NCBI GenBank assembly: GCA_003971905.1
Contig: RSEE01000060.1
Coordinates: 186,001 to 250,000 of the forward strand
Length of the DNA: 64,000 nucleotides
From: Moniliella sp. 'wahieum'
Lineage: Eukaryota
Direction: 5' to 3'
Of this stretch, positions 39,548-52,646 are shown piece by piece. The number at the start of each line of letters is the position of its first letter. The first letter of the stretch is position 1. Under the pieces are notes generated by a model. It was not told where the DNA came from and did no database searches. It was given only the letters and a program-made list of their open reading frames with translations. A program made the translations under genes and the position numbers.

Positions 39548-40874
39548 TTAGAACAGCGTCACACCGGCCACCAGGGCCGCGGTGAAGACCAAGGCCGAGC
39601 CGAGGTAGGACGTACGCCCAGCAGCAGGGGACTTGCTGGTGGACGAAGAGCCACCGGCGGCGGCACTGCCACTGGCACTGGCACTTGCGCCGTGGGATTT
39701 GGACGCACCGGCCGAGTGGCTGTGGGACGAGGGTGCGACATAGCCTACACCCAGCAACCCGTTCTTGATGGAGGATGCGGTGGTGCAGGCGCTCGGAGTG
39801 GGGTACGAGTACGGCGCCGAAGGCGTAACCTGATCCGACTGTGCATTTTGGAACGAGTAGGCAGTAGCTCCGACAGTGTAGATGCCCGAAAAGTACTGCT
39901 GGAACGTAGAGGTGGAACCGTCGGGTTGCGGGTACAGGCCAGGAGGGTACGCAGCATCCGCCTCGCACGACTCGAACGTACCAGCGGTAAGCGGCAGCTG
40001 GGCCATGACAAACGAACATCCCATCTCGTCTAGCGTGTGCTGGCACTCAACCGTCGGAGTGGCCTGGTCTGAACCGGCAATGCACACACGGAAGCAGATC
40101 TCCGAGGAGGAAATGTAGTTCATCCACTCCTCGTAAAACACATCCGTCTTGCCGTCCACAATGTTGGACGTGACATTGCCACCGACTGGGTTGCCCATGT
40201 TGGTCGCACCGTGCGGGTCAAGCTCTCCGCCCGAGTCGCCGGGGCGAGGTTGATGTTGGTAAAGTCGCCCAGCGCATAGAGCTGGATGTAAAGCGGCGTC
40301 TTGACAAACTGAACCGCCGTCACGGTTCCGTCGGGCTACAGGGCACAGGCACCAGTCAGCAGCAGCAATAAGAAGAAGCAGGCGGGGGGGAAAACGTACG
40401 ATGACACGGGCATTGTTACGTTGCTTGGTGCAGTAGGCAACCGTGGTCTGTTCCAGGTCACCGAGGGTGTCGGTGTTGTTGAGGGGAGAGGGACCAAAGG
40501 TGCACCAGTCGTCAATGGAGTTGAGCGTGGCCAGACGGGCGTCGGAGGACTGGTTGAGAGGCGTGTTGAGCGAAGGCTTGTCGGGTTGGTCGGGCCGTTC
40601 TTGCCGCGGCCCTGGACGCCAAGTAGGTGTTGCTGGGTGTGCCGTAGGAGAACGGAGGCGGGCTGGCGGTGGACCAGATGCCGGCCGAGCTGGACTTCTG
40701 GGCACTGGAGGGCAGGGGCATGGTAGTCACTACGCTCACCGACGTCTTGGCCGCACGGCGTTCGAAGGCCGGGGTGGCGGCGGGGTGGTTGTTGCCGCGG
40801 TAAACGAGGGTGTGGGCAGAGGCACTGCTGACTGCAGCGAGAGCTGCGACGAGAGACGCGCCAGCGAGGTGCAT
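39548..40874 (-). CDS. Secreted, probably GPI-anchored mannoprotein (Cryptococcus MP88 / macrophage-activating-glycoprotein-like)
   Basis: Signal peptide MHLAGASLVAALAAVSSASA. Cys-rich domain LNSIDDWCTFGP..VAYCTK..ARVI|PDGTVTAVQFVKTP..GGELDPHGA..GNPVGG..CQHTLDEMGC. Ser-rich stalk and hydrophobic C-terminus. Intron 40336-40399. Confidence 0.8.
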
Positions 40875-43800
40875 GATGGAGAGCAGGGGCAGGGATGGAG
40901 AGATGTTGATGGAGGAAAGGGGAGAGGAGAGGTGGGCGGGAGAGGTGGTGCTGGGTGGCATCGGAGAGGGCAGCGCAGGCCAAGTGTGGCTGGGAGTAGA
41001 ATGTGGATTCTTCCAGAGTGCCTGGCAGCGATGGCTGATGGCTGGTGGATGATCGATAATGGATACTCGATACGGGCTAATCGCATGGCAGGGTTACCTA
41101 GTAACTAGTAACTAGTAGCCCTCCACCCTGCCACGGACGCCTTGCCGCGCGCAGACGCATCTGCTTGCACCGGCGCCACGCCCACTGGCGCTGTGCGCTG
41201 TGGCGGTGGCCATGGTTTATGCATTCTGGCTGGCCGTGGCAGGCGGTGGCTGTGGCTGGTGGGCCGGGGCAGCAGGCAGGGCGCCGGTGTGGGGCTTGCG
41301 TGGCCTGGCGCGGCCCGAGAAGCCGCGTGGCAGATCGAGGCCCACGCGCACTTGCCCTGCGCCCCCCGCCCCTTCCACCCTGGCTGGGCGCACGCCCTGC
41401 CTGGGCCCCGTGGCGTCACTCCCCCCGCGCCTCGCCGCTCTCGGCCCTCGCTGATCCGATCATCCCGTGTGGAGCCGTCACGCGTCATGCATCATCCCTC
41501 ATCCATCCCAGATTCAGCTCGAGCTCGTTCAAGCCGATCTAGCAGACGGGAGTGCGCGCTAGTCGAATCCACGTTGCAAACTCATACTCATCGCTACTGG
41601 CGAATCGCTAATCGCGCAGCGAGCTAGCCCCGTCGCACCCACCGCAGCAAGCGCTACAAACAAGGCACGCCTCCAACCCCTTTCCTCCCTCCTGGGCCGA
41701 GGCAGGTACGTGCGTACGCAGCCGGCGACCCTTCTCGCGCGAACGGCTCTGGTGCATGGCTGCCTGTGGCTGCGCGCCCGCAGTCGTGGTCGCCGCCTCG
41801 CGCATCCTCCCCGCTTCCGCAAGCAGGACAGCATGCGTCACGCATCACTCGGTGTTGTGCATTGCACCTGTTCGCGCCGCGCAGCATAGTGCCTCGCATG
41901 CCCTAGCTGGCCCCACTCTGCCCTCTCAGAATTCCAGAGCTGTGTCGCGCGTATTCGGCTCCCCAGCGCCCCAGCCCACCTTGCCTCTCAGCTTTCCTCG
42001 TCGGTCACCTCCAGCCCGACCGCCATATGCCCCACTCAGCCACCCCCCCCTCCACCAGTGGCGAGTGACGAGTGATCGACCACCTTCTGTCTGCTAGCAG
42101 TCTTCCCCTGCCCCCCGCACGGAGAGCCCACGGCCTCTTTGCAATGAAAGCCTCTGGTCAAAGGTCAAAAGAACCGGGACACGAACGGACAGGCGGGACA
42201 CCTTGGTTAGCAAAGTGACGATCAGCCAAGTGCGGGCGCACAGTGCCCGGTGTGGAGGTATGGGACGATGATGCACATACTCTCCCTGTGATAAGATGGG
42301 GCAGGGACGAGCAATTCCCGAACCGTGCCCATCATAGTCATCAGGAACTCCCCTCAGCTACTCTTGTAAGTAGCTGGTCGTCGGCTTCTACTTGTCCTAC
42401 TTCGAAGCCTAAGGCCTCCTTTGGTCTCATCCGCTTCACCGATCATTGAATATTGACTCGTAAGCCAAGCGAAACATCGTGGTCCAATGCCCTCTTCCCT
42501 GTCCTCCCGCTCTTTGGTCGTTCTGCAGCACGGTTGCCGCTCAGAAAGTAACGTTGTAGCGTCCGCGCGTATCCGCTAATCTCTCCGAGAGTGACAACTA
42601 TCCCATTCATCGATCATCAGTCGGCCTCAGGCCCTGAGGCCTGAGGCAGGTCTGATCCCCCCAACACTGACCTCATTGACCGTTGTCTCTACAATCTTGA
42701 TTTGACTCAGTACTCATACCCCTAGGTTCCCCCATCGCCAAACACCAATCAACACTGACCCACTCTGCATCCGCCAGCACGCCCATCAAACTCTGGACCA
42801 CCAGCAGTTGCGTGCACAGGAAGGACCGCACCAGCCTGTGTCACCCCTCACAAGAGCCCGAAAACCATACTGAATTGATCGTACCAAGGACCGCATGCTT
42901 GACAGCCCCACGTACTCCTAAACCAAGCGTCGGACGTACCCAGGGCCGAACCGGCATGTGCATCAGTCGTCACTCGCTCGGACCCAGACCGGAGGTTAGC
43001 TAGGCCATAGGTTAGGCCGTCGCTTGGGTTGGGAAGGGTGGGCGTGGCGGGCCTGCATCCGATGGGCCAAGACAATTGGCGCGATCCGGCCGGCTGTAGC
43101 CCACCGCCCTCTGCCCCAGCCGGAAGCGTCGACTCGTTCCGAATCACACTGCCAATCGACATGAAAGCTAGCCAAGCATCCTGCACCGTCAGTCCCGTCC
43201 GAGTTGCCGAGTACCCGGGCAGTACTCAAGGTACCCGGCGTATCCGGTATCCGCCCCCTCCCCCCCCCACGACCGAAAGAACGAAAGAACGAGGGAACGA
43301 AGTACGTACCCAAACGTAGCTGCTGACGTGCCCATGAACTGGCAGAGCGTAGCCATCGCCCCGCGAGGCCCAGGACCAGCGCTGTTTCCCCCCGCGTCCA
43401 TCGCACCCCCGTACCCCAAACACCCAAAACACACAAAAGTCAGCTCTTCCCCGCGCAGTCTACCCCCTCGCAAAAGAACACGCGAAAGGTGGGGGTACCG
43501 GTTACCGGTTATGGAGGACGTACCGCATGATCTGCAGGAACCCGCCAATGAACCCAATTGTCAACCCCACTCCACCACCCATCATCGCGCCATCCCTAGC
43601 TTTGCCAAAAGGTGGGCTGCACAGGCTGCTGCTGCTGCTGCTGCACCTGCTGCGCGTTGGACATGTTGGCGATGGAGTGGGTGCACTGAGTACTCGAGTA
43701 CTGAGTGTACTGAGTTCAGGACTGTAGTTCAGTATTGAGCACCTGAGTACTGAGTAGTCTTGGAACCAACCGGCTTGGCCTCTGGGGCCTGAGCCTCAGG

Positions 43801-45221
43801 GCGGATTCTCAGGGTCGGCTTGTCAGATCTCAAGCATCTGCCGCCTCCCTCCTTGCCCCCCGCCTCCCCCACATGGGCCGAAATCAGAGCGAATCATGCG
43901 GGCGGAACGAGGGGCAGAACAAGGGGCGGAACTCTCCGTGTTGCCCCCACAAGCTGTTTTGGACCCGGTCCCCACCCTTGAGGCGTGACGCGTGACGCAC
44001 GCTCCAAGCTTTCAAGCACTCAAATTCTACATTTCAAACATCACACCATGACGTCACGCAGCTAGCCCAGTAGCCCGCAGATTCGATCCCCCCCATCGCG
44101 ACACGGCCTGTACTTGCAATTTCAACAGCTTCCCTCTTGCCCCACAACTCGGGGAACCCCTCCCCCCGCAGGGGGAGGATCGATGATCGATGATCGATGT
44201 CGATGAAGCTGGAAGATCCGTCAGTTGCCACAACGAACAGCAGTCTCCCGTTTGCCCCGTCCTCCATCTCGCCCTCGACGTGGGAATCCCCCCCCCCCAC
44301 CTCCATCGGACCATCTCCTGCCACAGTGGGTGATCACATGACGTAGGATGTCACTCGTTCCTGTGCTGGACCATGGTGCATGGTGCATGGTGCCTTCCTC
44401 GTCGCGTTGAAGAGCCTCTTCCAGCTCCCAACTAAACCTGGAAGAGTTCATGCTCCCCCCTCCCCCCCGTAGTGTCGTCCTTATGTTCCAGGATTGTATT
44501 GGAGGCATCTTGCACGACAGGTCGACCCACATCAACTTTTTCCCGGGCCGTACCCGCGTCACGGACCGTCTGCCGCATTTCGGTCGCTTTCTTCCGTCCG
44601 ACTGGCTCGGGTACCAAGCGCACCAGCGGCTTTTGGCCTGCCACATCTGCTTCGTCCGCCATGTCAGGCGGAGGCTACGGGCCTGAGCCCAGCTACGCGG
44701 GTACGCGGGTATGCGGTGCCGGCTTGGTTCGTCACGACAGTGGGCAAGCTATGTCGCTCTGCTCACGCCTCGGCTAACGCGCCACCACTGGCTGGGGGAA
44801 CCTAAGGTGCAACCCCCGCCACTAGCTGGAGATAACGATAACCCTTACGCAGCAACCGCAACTGCAACCGCAACCGCATACGGATACAATCCGGCGCCCA
44901 GGGTTCTCCATCTCCTGGACTGGGCTCTTCTGCTCTCCTTCTCATCTCTTACTAGTGATCTCACCTCTAACTTGTCTCTTGCCACTTCTGACGTCTAGAA
45001 TCTCAGGCCGTTTTCAACCAGTCTCTGTCCCCTTACTGCGTGCTAACCCTATACCCACCACGCACATAACGAATGGGCTATTGGACACATTGGTAGAGGC
45101 AAAGGTAGTTCCACAGTCATAGGCAGGCCAGGACGAACCCACGCAGCCATGTCCAGCAATCACAAAGAGGCAGCAAACAAAGGCTAATAAGTAGAATGGT
45201 GCCCATCCCCAACCCAAGGGT

Positions 45222-45278
45222 TGGATTGGATTGGACTGGACTGGATTGGAATGAAATGGAATGGATTGGAGTGGAGTG
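45222..45278. repeat. (TGGAN)n pentamer repeat downstream of PEX11
   Basis: TGGAT, TGGAC, TGGAA and TGGAG units read directly. Confidence 0.85.
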
Positions 45279-45314
45279 GGGGTGGGGGGTGGATGTGGAT
45301 GGGAGGAGGGGCAG

Positions 45315-46205
45315 TTACTTTTTTGCCGAGCCCGTTCCATTGACCGAATTCCACTGGCTCCGGCCGCCCATGAGGGCCGTGATAAACCAGCAGCACCAGC
45401 ACACCTTCGTTGAAGTGCAAGTACTCCAGCGACGTGGCCGGAAAATAAAGTCGATCGCGTCCTGGGTCATCTGGCGACGGACCGAGTACTGTTCCTTGAG
45501 CACTTGCACGTACTGCGTCTTGCGTTCGGCCTCCTTCTCGGCCGACGCAACGGGGCGGGAAACAGCAGCCAGACGCTGGCGGATCACATAGCTCTTACGT
45601 CCCCGACACGAGCGAGAAGGACAATCCAAACAGCCAGAACCGCGCCGCCGTACGCGAAATGAACTTGGCCGTGTCCGGCGCAAACTGGTACACCTTGGCC
45701 CCATTCACCCACTGCAACAAATCAAACACGAGGTACACAGCGTACCCCAGTTGACGCCCGATCGCCGTCACACGCAGCACGGGGTCTTGGATCGCCAACG
45801 CCTTCGTGGCCGATTGAATGTGCTCCAAAAACTTGCCCGCACGCATCACTGCAGCCAGAGGCACACGGTCAGTTGCAAGCTCCACACGCGAGAAGAGCCG
45901 TCTGAGCCAAACGTACGTTTCCGCGTCAGACCAATCTGCGACTTGAGCGCACTAAAGCGGTCAACGACCGCCTTGGATGCGCCCTGACGGTACTCGTACC
46001 ACGCCAGGAAGCGGGATGCATACTGGATGGTACGGTAGGTCTTGTCGCGGCCGACAGTGGTCGACCAGAAGCGGAGCTAAGGGGGGGGGAGGGTCAGAGG
46101 CAACGTCGCGGGACGCAGGGGGGCAGTTGGCGCGGGCGGAGGGGGGGGAGGACACACCGTCTGGCTGAGGTAGGGGTGGAGGACGATCTGCTGGACAGCG
46201 GCCAT
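45315..46205 (-). CDS. PEX11: Peroxisomal biogenesis factor 11
   Basis: MAAVQQIVLHPYLSQT|LRFWSTTVGRDKTYRTIQY..GLTRK|LMRAGKFLEH..IGRQLGYAVYL..RFWLFGL. Introns 46077-46157 and 45849-45916. Confidence 0.92.
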
Positions 46206-47185
46206 GGCGGAGGAAGACAACGAGGAGGCGGTGGTGGTGGGGGAGAAGGAGGTGGAGGAGAGGGCGCGAATGGGCGGGTATCGCAGGGCGGGTGCGGGTG
46301 CGGGTGCGGCTGGCTTGTGGGCCGCCTGGAGCCGGAATATGCATCGCAGTGCTTGACCGTTTCAACCCCCCGATCCGGCAACTCCGGCTCCCGCTTCCGC
46401 CCTGCCACGCGCCACGTGACAGCCGCCCGCGCTCGGCTCCCGCCGTGCCGCCTGCATTCACACGTCCCACTGGCCCACCTCCGGCGCAGCCTGCAGCCTG
46501 TAGCCGCCCCGCCGACGTCATTGCGCCACCGCTGATGCACACCGCTCACGCACACCGCCCATCCGCCGCCGCACCCTGCTGTTCCGAAGACCGCCCTGGT
46601 GCCCCGCTGCGGGGATGCTCGATGACAGCGCCGGCACACACAGCCCGCGTGCGGGCCTGCTTGCACCTCCTCTCCCATTTCACATCTCGCGTCGCACCCC
46701 GCATCACATGATCGGTGCGTCAGCGGGTCCGCATGCCACCGCTTCCCCGTTTCAAATTTGACCGGCCTTGGAGCACGAAGCTTGAAGCTTGAACGTTGAA
46801 CTTGAAACTAGCTTGATTGCCCGCTCCTTGCCGGCCACGTGACCGTCTCCGGATCTTGGACATGGCACCGATTGGCCACCGACATCACGTGGCCAATCCA
46901 ATCCACTCGGCTGAGCTCAGCGGCTCAGTCAGGGGCAGGTTTTGACACTTTCACTTCCCCAGGGCGGAGTTGGCTGGCTAGGAGGGAGGGGCGCGCAATT
47001 CCGCCCGCCGCCGAAGATTTTTTCCTCGGCTCGGGGCCAGTCTTGCTGCTGCGGCTGCCTGGGCCGGCAGATCCTCCCCCGACGCTCCATCACACCGCCA
47101 GCCAGCCCGCCAGGCGCCCTCGTCTTCGGTCGTCTTCGTCTCGTCCTCGACCTCGCCCCCGTCCCTGCCATCGACACTGCCCACC

Positions 47186-48253
47186 ATGTCGCTTGCCTCC
47201 TCCGCGCCCCTGCCGCTCCAGCTAGCCACGCCCTCGGACTCAGCTGGCTCTCCGGCCCACGCCCGCGCGTGTGCGTGTCCACCCCGCCGCCCTCTTCTCC
47301 ATCCTCGACCACCACCTCCGTCGGCCCGACTCGACCGAGGAGGAGCAGGTGCCCGATTCGGTCATCGGTACGCTCCTGGGCACCCGTGCCGACGGGGAAG
47401 TGGATGTACTGTCGGCCTTTGCTGTCCCGCACGCCGTTACCCCCGACCAGGTCTCGGTCGAGGTCGAGTACCACCGCCAAATGCTCGACTTGCACCTGCG
47501 CGCCCACCCTGCCGAACAGGTCGTCGGCTGGTACGCCACCGGTTCTGGCGCCACACTTTCCTCCAACTCGGCCCTGATTCACGACTTTTACAATCGCGAG
47601 ACAGCTCCTTTTGATGCGGTCCACCTCACCCTCGACACGGACCTCAAGGACGCCAATCTCGCCGTCAAGGCCTGGGTCTCGTATGTATCGTATCCTTCCT
47701 TCTCTTTGCGCCCATCCTCCCATCGCTCCTCGCATCGATTCTCCGATCATCGACCCTCGCTGGTCTTCTGCCCTTGCCTACTTACTGACACGTTGCTCAG
47801 CTCGCCGCTGTTTGGCCTGACCCACAAAGCGTCCTCGGCTGCGTTCAGCTCGGTGCCATTGACCTTGTCGTACGCGGCGTCGGAGCGGCCGGCATTCAAC
47901 CTGCTGGCCAAGCGGACGCCCTCTCCGCTGTCGGACCTCAGTGCGCTGGCGGCATCCTTGACCGAGGTGCAGGAGCAGTTGCGTCGCGTCCTTTCCTACG
48001 TTCAGGCCGTCGTCAAGGGCGACCAAGAGGGCGACCCGGTCGTGGGCCGGTTCATCCTCGATTCCATCGCAAAGGTGCCTGCCGGCTCGGCGTACAGCAC
48101 CACCGCCGCCAACGACGAGGTGCCACCCCCTCGGCAACCCACTTGGAGGAACTGTTCAACTCGCATTTGCAAGACGTGCTCATGGTCTCTTACTTGGCCA
48201 ACTTGGTCCGTGGCCAGGCAGAGATCTCGTCGCGGCTCACGTTGCTGGCGTAG
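47186..48253 (+). CDS. eIF3f: Translation initiation factor eIF3 subunit f (MPN domain)
   Basis: VHPAALFSILDHHLRR, VIGTLLG, FAVPH, VVGWYAT, LEELFNSHLQDVLMVSYLANLVRGQAEISSRL. Intron 47681-47800. Confidence 0.92.
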
Positions 48254-48548
48254 ACCCGATTCCCCATCCCCACCCCACCCCACCCCACCCTACCCAACCC
48301 AACCCCTTCCCTCTCTCCATTTTGACCCTCCTGTACCACTACAGCACCTGCTCCCTGGGCGGATGCTCTTGTCTGCCCCTGCTATGGGGACCGAAAATCT
48401 ACCTGCCTTCGCATGGAAACATGCAAGAAGCGAGAGCCAAGCCTAGGCTCCTAGTGAATCAAACGACACGTACAGAGACAAAAGACAAAAGCGTGTGTAA
48501 TAGGATGCGAAAGAGCAGTCGGGGGAGAGCGTGCAAGGTGCAAGCAGC

Positions 48549-49348
48549 TTAGCCCAACGTATGGTATGTTTGTGCCGCTGTGCGTTGGACGTCATTCCCT
48601 CCGGCCCCGACCAACCTACCTTGGCATTAGGTCGTCCGGGGTACGGAACATCGATGTACCCTTGGCCCCGGCGATCGCATACCCTTTCTTGGCGCCCTTG
48701 GTGGCAAAGCGCTGCCACGACGACTGCTTCTTCTCCGCTTCGATTTTTTTCGATTCAAATCGTTCCCGTTTCTTCTCAGACCGGCGCTTCCTCCGCTCGG
48801 CTTCGGCCTCCTCTTCCTTGCGCTTCGACGGACGCACAATCTCCCCCACTACAGGCGTAGTCGACGCAGCGGGAAGCGCAGCGTTGTTGCTCTGCGGTGC
48901 CCCTGGAGGTGCCGATGCGATGCCGGCGCACGCACATCCTCTTCCCCCACTTGCTCCGTATTGCCATACCCATCAAACACGACCGTGTACCGCGCCCCAT
49001 TGACCCTCGTAATACGCGCAGGGTAGAAAAGCTTGTCCAAGGCGTACCGCGCCAACACCGCCTCGCCCACAGCGAACTTGGGCGCAGCAGAGGGGGGCGC
49101 CTCGGACCCAGCCCCGCCCACGGACGATAAAGTGGATGCACTGGCTTCGGTAGCTGTCACATGTTCCCGCAGAATCTGAATGATGCTCTCCAAATCTTTC
49201 TTTAGGTCAAGAAGGTCTTCCCTGTCCGGGTCAATGGACAGTGCTTCCTCGACCATGGCGAGCTGCTGCTCCTGTTGCGCGAGCCTGGGCTAGTTAGCAC
49301 CGGTCAGAGACAAAGGAGGAGGACGTGGACGTACTGGGTGGCATCCAT
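48549..49348 (-). CDS. SPF30: Tudor-domain splicing factor SPF30/SMNDC1
   Basis: MDATQ|LAQQEQQLAMVEEALSIDPDREDLLDLKKDL, Tudor domain (VLARYALDKLFYPARIT..YTVVFDGYGNTE), KQSSWQRF and SMFRTPD. Intron 49285-49334. End approximate. Confidence 0.88.
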
Positions 49349-50631
49349 GGTAGGTACTGGACAGCACGGAGAGAAACAAGGACAGCAGAGATAACAAAAG
49401 TGACGCAGAGAGAGGGGGTGCGCGTTGGGTACTTGCCGCAGGATCTAGACGGACGGAGTGGAGGGGTAGGGCGGTGACGATGCTGGTGGTGGTGATGGTG
49501 GTGGTGATGCTGATGGTGGTGGCGGTGGCATGGTGGGACGAGATGCAGATTGGGTTTACGTAACACCCTCCCCCAGCCACCCTCGATTCAATCATTGCGT
49601 GGGCCCCAAATGAAACTGCAGTTGGCACCGCACTGGCTCGATCATCGATTAACGTTCAACGTTCAACGAGAGAGCCAACCATAAACCAGGCTAATAAGAG
49701 CCCACTTCTACAGCTCCAACAGCTCCAACTTGACCCTCCCCCCCTCCCCAGGGCTGGATAGTATAGCCTTCACATGGCAGCAAGAATACCAAGAATTCAA
49801 TGGGCGGGTCCAACCGAGACGGTCCCGACCTCGAACATCTCTCCTACACCTCACCGTATCAATTTGTACAGGCCGCGCGTGCCCCCCGGTCTACTCCACC
49901 CAGTTTAGGAAGAAGGGAATGATGATGGATGGATAGGATAAGGAAAGGAAGAATGGAAGGAGGGGTGTATCCCGACAAGACGAAATCGGATGAGATGTAT
50001 ATGGGATCACACCGTTCAGAGTTCAGATCATTCAGGTTCAGGGGAAATGAAAAAAAAAGCGAGTACAAAACAGTAGACAACAAAAGCAGAACAGTTAACT
50101 AAACCCCCACAGACAGGGGAGAAGAGAGTGCTACCGATTCAAGGATTTATACCCATCCATTGACAAGGGGTTTGTATTGGATTTCACATCAGCCTTGGCT
50201 GGTGTGCTCCAAGATCTCGGCAGTGGCTGCGAAATGGATTCAAGGCGGATGAATATCAACCAACGGAGATGAGACGTTGCATGTGGCAGAGTATAATAAG
50301 ATCAATATGGTACGGTGTTCGAATTCAAGCTTCAAAGAGCCCGGTGGGGATGCAACCCTGAGACCCAACTTGCTTGTCAGTGACCAGTATCGTCCTGGCG
50401 TATTAGTATCGGTGGGTAGATTCCACCTCGACAACTCACATGCACCGTCCACGATCCACGGTCCTCGGTACATGCGTGGGTCATGCCTCATGGGCCAAGA
50501 GTCCCAATGACTAGTCAGGTCGGTTGGGATTGCTTGGGGACGCGGGCGGGGAGGGAGGTTGGGACGAAGACTGCCACCGCTGCGGAGCGAGTAACTTGGA
50601 CCACCGCTTAAGATTTGCTTTGGAGCCAGTC

Positions 50632-52199
50632 TTACTCGTCCTGGTCAATGTCGATGCCGGGCAGACCTTCTTTCTCCGACGTATCTCCGCCGCTCCGCTC
50701 CAACGACTGAACCACCAACGGAACTGACGAGCGATATTGTCGAGCCTTTGTGCGGTCGAAACCCGAGCCTCGATCCCCGATCCTCTTCCTCCGTACGCAC
50801 CGTCGACGTCGAGGACGTGCGTCTTCGAAAGGGTCGACGCAGGTTGCCAAATCGCTGGGACCCCGTGCGAGGAAGGCTAGTTCCTTGTCCGGCTTCATCC
50901 GCATGGAGAAGGGGCTTGTAGGAACTGGGAGGTGCCGTGTCGGCTGTAGACCGAGGTGGGACCGTTGCACGTGCTGGCCGGGACGCTGATGAGGTACTTG
51001 AGGTGCTTGTGCTTGGGATGACAAGGGCGCACCAGACGAGGGAACGCTCCTCGTGCCATTTTCATTTGTTGGAAGAGTCGCATCATCGTTTTTCGGATGG
51101 ATGGGCAAGGCAGGAAAGACGTCCACGTTGACCTGAGGTTGAAGTGGTGGGCCTGTTTGCTTCGTCGTAGTAGAGGTCTGAGGGCGGCTGGCTGTTCAGC
51201 TCCACCGGCGGGGGAGGGGAGGCCTTGGCCCTGTATCTTCCTCCTCCGTTCTGGACTTTGTGGGGGACTCTGATGGCACATGTGACGGGGGTCGTACATC
51301 CACCGTAGTGCCAGTTGATGCAATGGGGTGGGTGGGAGTTGGCATCGGAGATGGGACGCGCGATTCGGAGGGGAGAGGCGTGGTGGACAAGCTGCAAACG
51401 GACGCAGCAGGGGCGCGACGGACAACGGAGTGCAGCAGCAGGAGCAGGGTTAAGACCACTTGACTGGTCGCGAGGTAAAACACCCAGTAGTGACCTACGT
51501 GCTGCGCCCCCAGCAGCCCATGAAAGCGCACCGCCTCGTACATCGTCACACCGTACGACCCAACTGCGCGGTAGAGGCGGGGTAGCGTGTTGGCGCCAGC
51601 TGGCCGAGGCGGACCAGACGGACACCGCCCGCACCTCGTACTGCTTCACCGCTTCAGACGCGCTGTCGAGTAGTGGACGCACTGCATCTCGCAGGGAAAG
51701 GGGGATGTGCTGGATCACAAGCGCGCGTCCTTGCCACAGGTACGGGCGGGCATGGCGATGCAACGACGAGGTCAGGCGTTGGAGGTGGTGCTGTTGCAAT
51801 GCAGCGCAGTGGCACGCTAGGGCGTAGTATGTGCCCGCATTGGCCAGGACCAAGTGGGCGGTACGGACCAGGGTGGGGGAGGGCACGAAGCGCGCGGGCG
51901 CTGCGCACCACGGTCGCAGGGACGGGGGGCGGGGGGTAGGCTGATGGTGTGGATGGGCCGGCGGGGAGGGCCAGAAGAAGAGTGTCGGCGAGGAGGAGGA
52001 GGAAGAAGAGAAGGCGGGCTGCCAGGGCATCGGGGGGGACAAAGAGGCGGGCGAGGAGGGCGATTTTGGCGAGGGTGAGTGCGAGGGGGCAGCGGGGGGG
52101 ACGGCGGCAGGGGGCGGCGGATGAGGGCGAGGAGGGCAGAGGCGGCGGAAAGGCGATGGCGGTGGCGGTGGCGGGGGCGAGGGAGGGGTGGGTGGGCAT
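50632..52199 (-). CDS. Hypothetical protein, divergent from SUP35
   Basis: Three overlapping minus-strand ORFs (51654-52199, 51083-52042, 50632-51126) that may be one frameshifted gene. No family recognised. Confidence 0.35.
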
Positions 52200-52646
52200 G
52201 GCGTGTGGGACGGGGTGGGTGGATGGGGGGAGAGGGGGCGGACAGCCGGGGACGGGAGCGAGGGCGGGTATGTATGGTCCTATGGCGGTTAGGTTATGCT
52301 TGCTACGTATATAAACAGCGTATGTCCCAGCCGCTGCGCGGGGCTCCGCCGCCGCTGCGGCACTTGCAATTGCAATTTCAGTGCGCTGCGCAGCGGAAGC
52401 AGCCGCGGGCGGAACCGCACCGGCAGCGCGCCGCCTGTCACCGCGCCAGTGTGCAGGCTAACCCTACGAAAAAAAGCACCTGTGCGCTCGATTTTTCGCG
52501 GGCGGTGCGGCAACCCTGCTGGCCAGCCGGTGCGGCGCCTGTGTGGCGGCTGCTGCCAGCCTCCTGCCGACCACCTCCGCCTCCTCCTCCGCCTCCTCCT
52601 CCGCCTCCCCCTCGCTCCCCCCATCTCGTCCGTTGGCTGGCGCGCG

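Noticed and set aside
44221..44662. Small minus-strand gene (MADEADVAGQKP..)
   Set aside because: Short, no recognisable domain or splice support; cannot be supported.
45576..45598. 23-nt GTAAGA..CAG micro-intron in PEX11
   Set aside because: Too short for a normal fungal intron; a small deletion restoring ..SGTYKSYVIRQR.. is more plausible.
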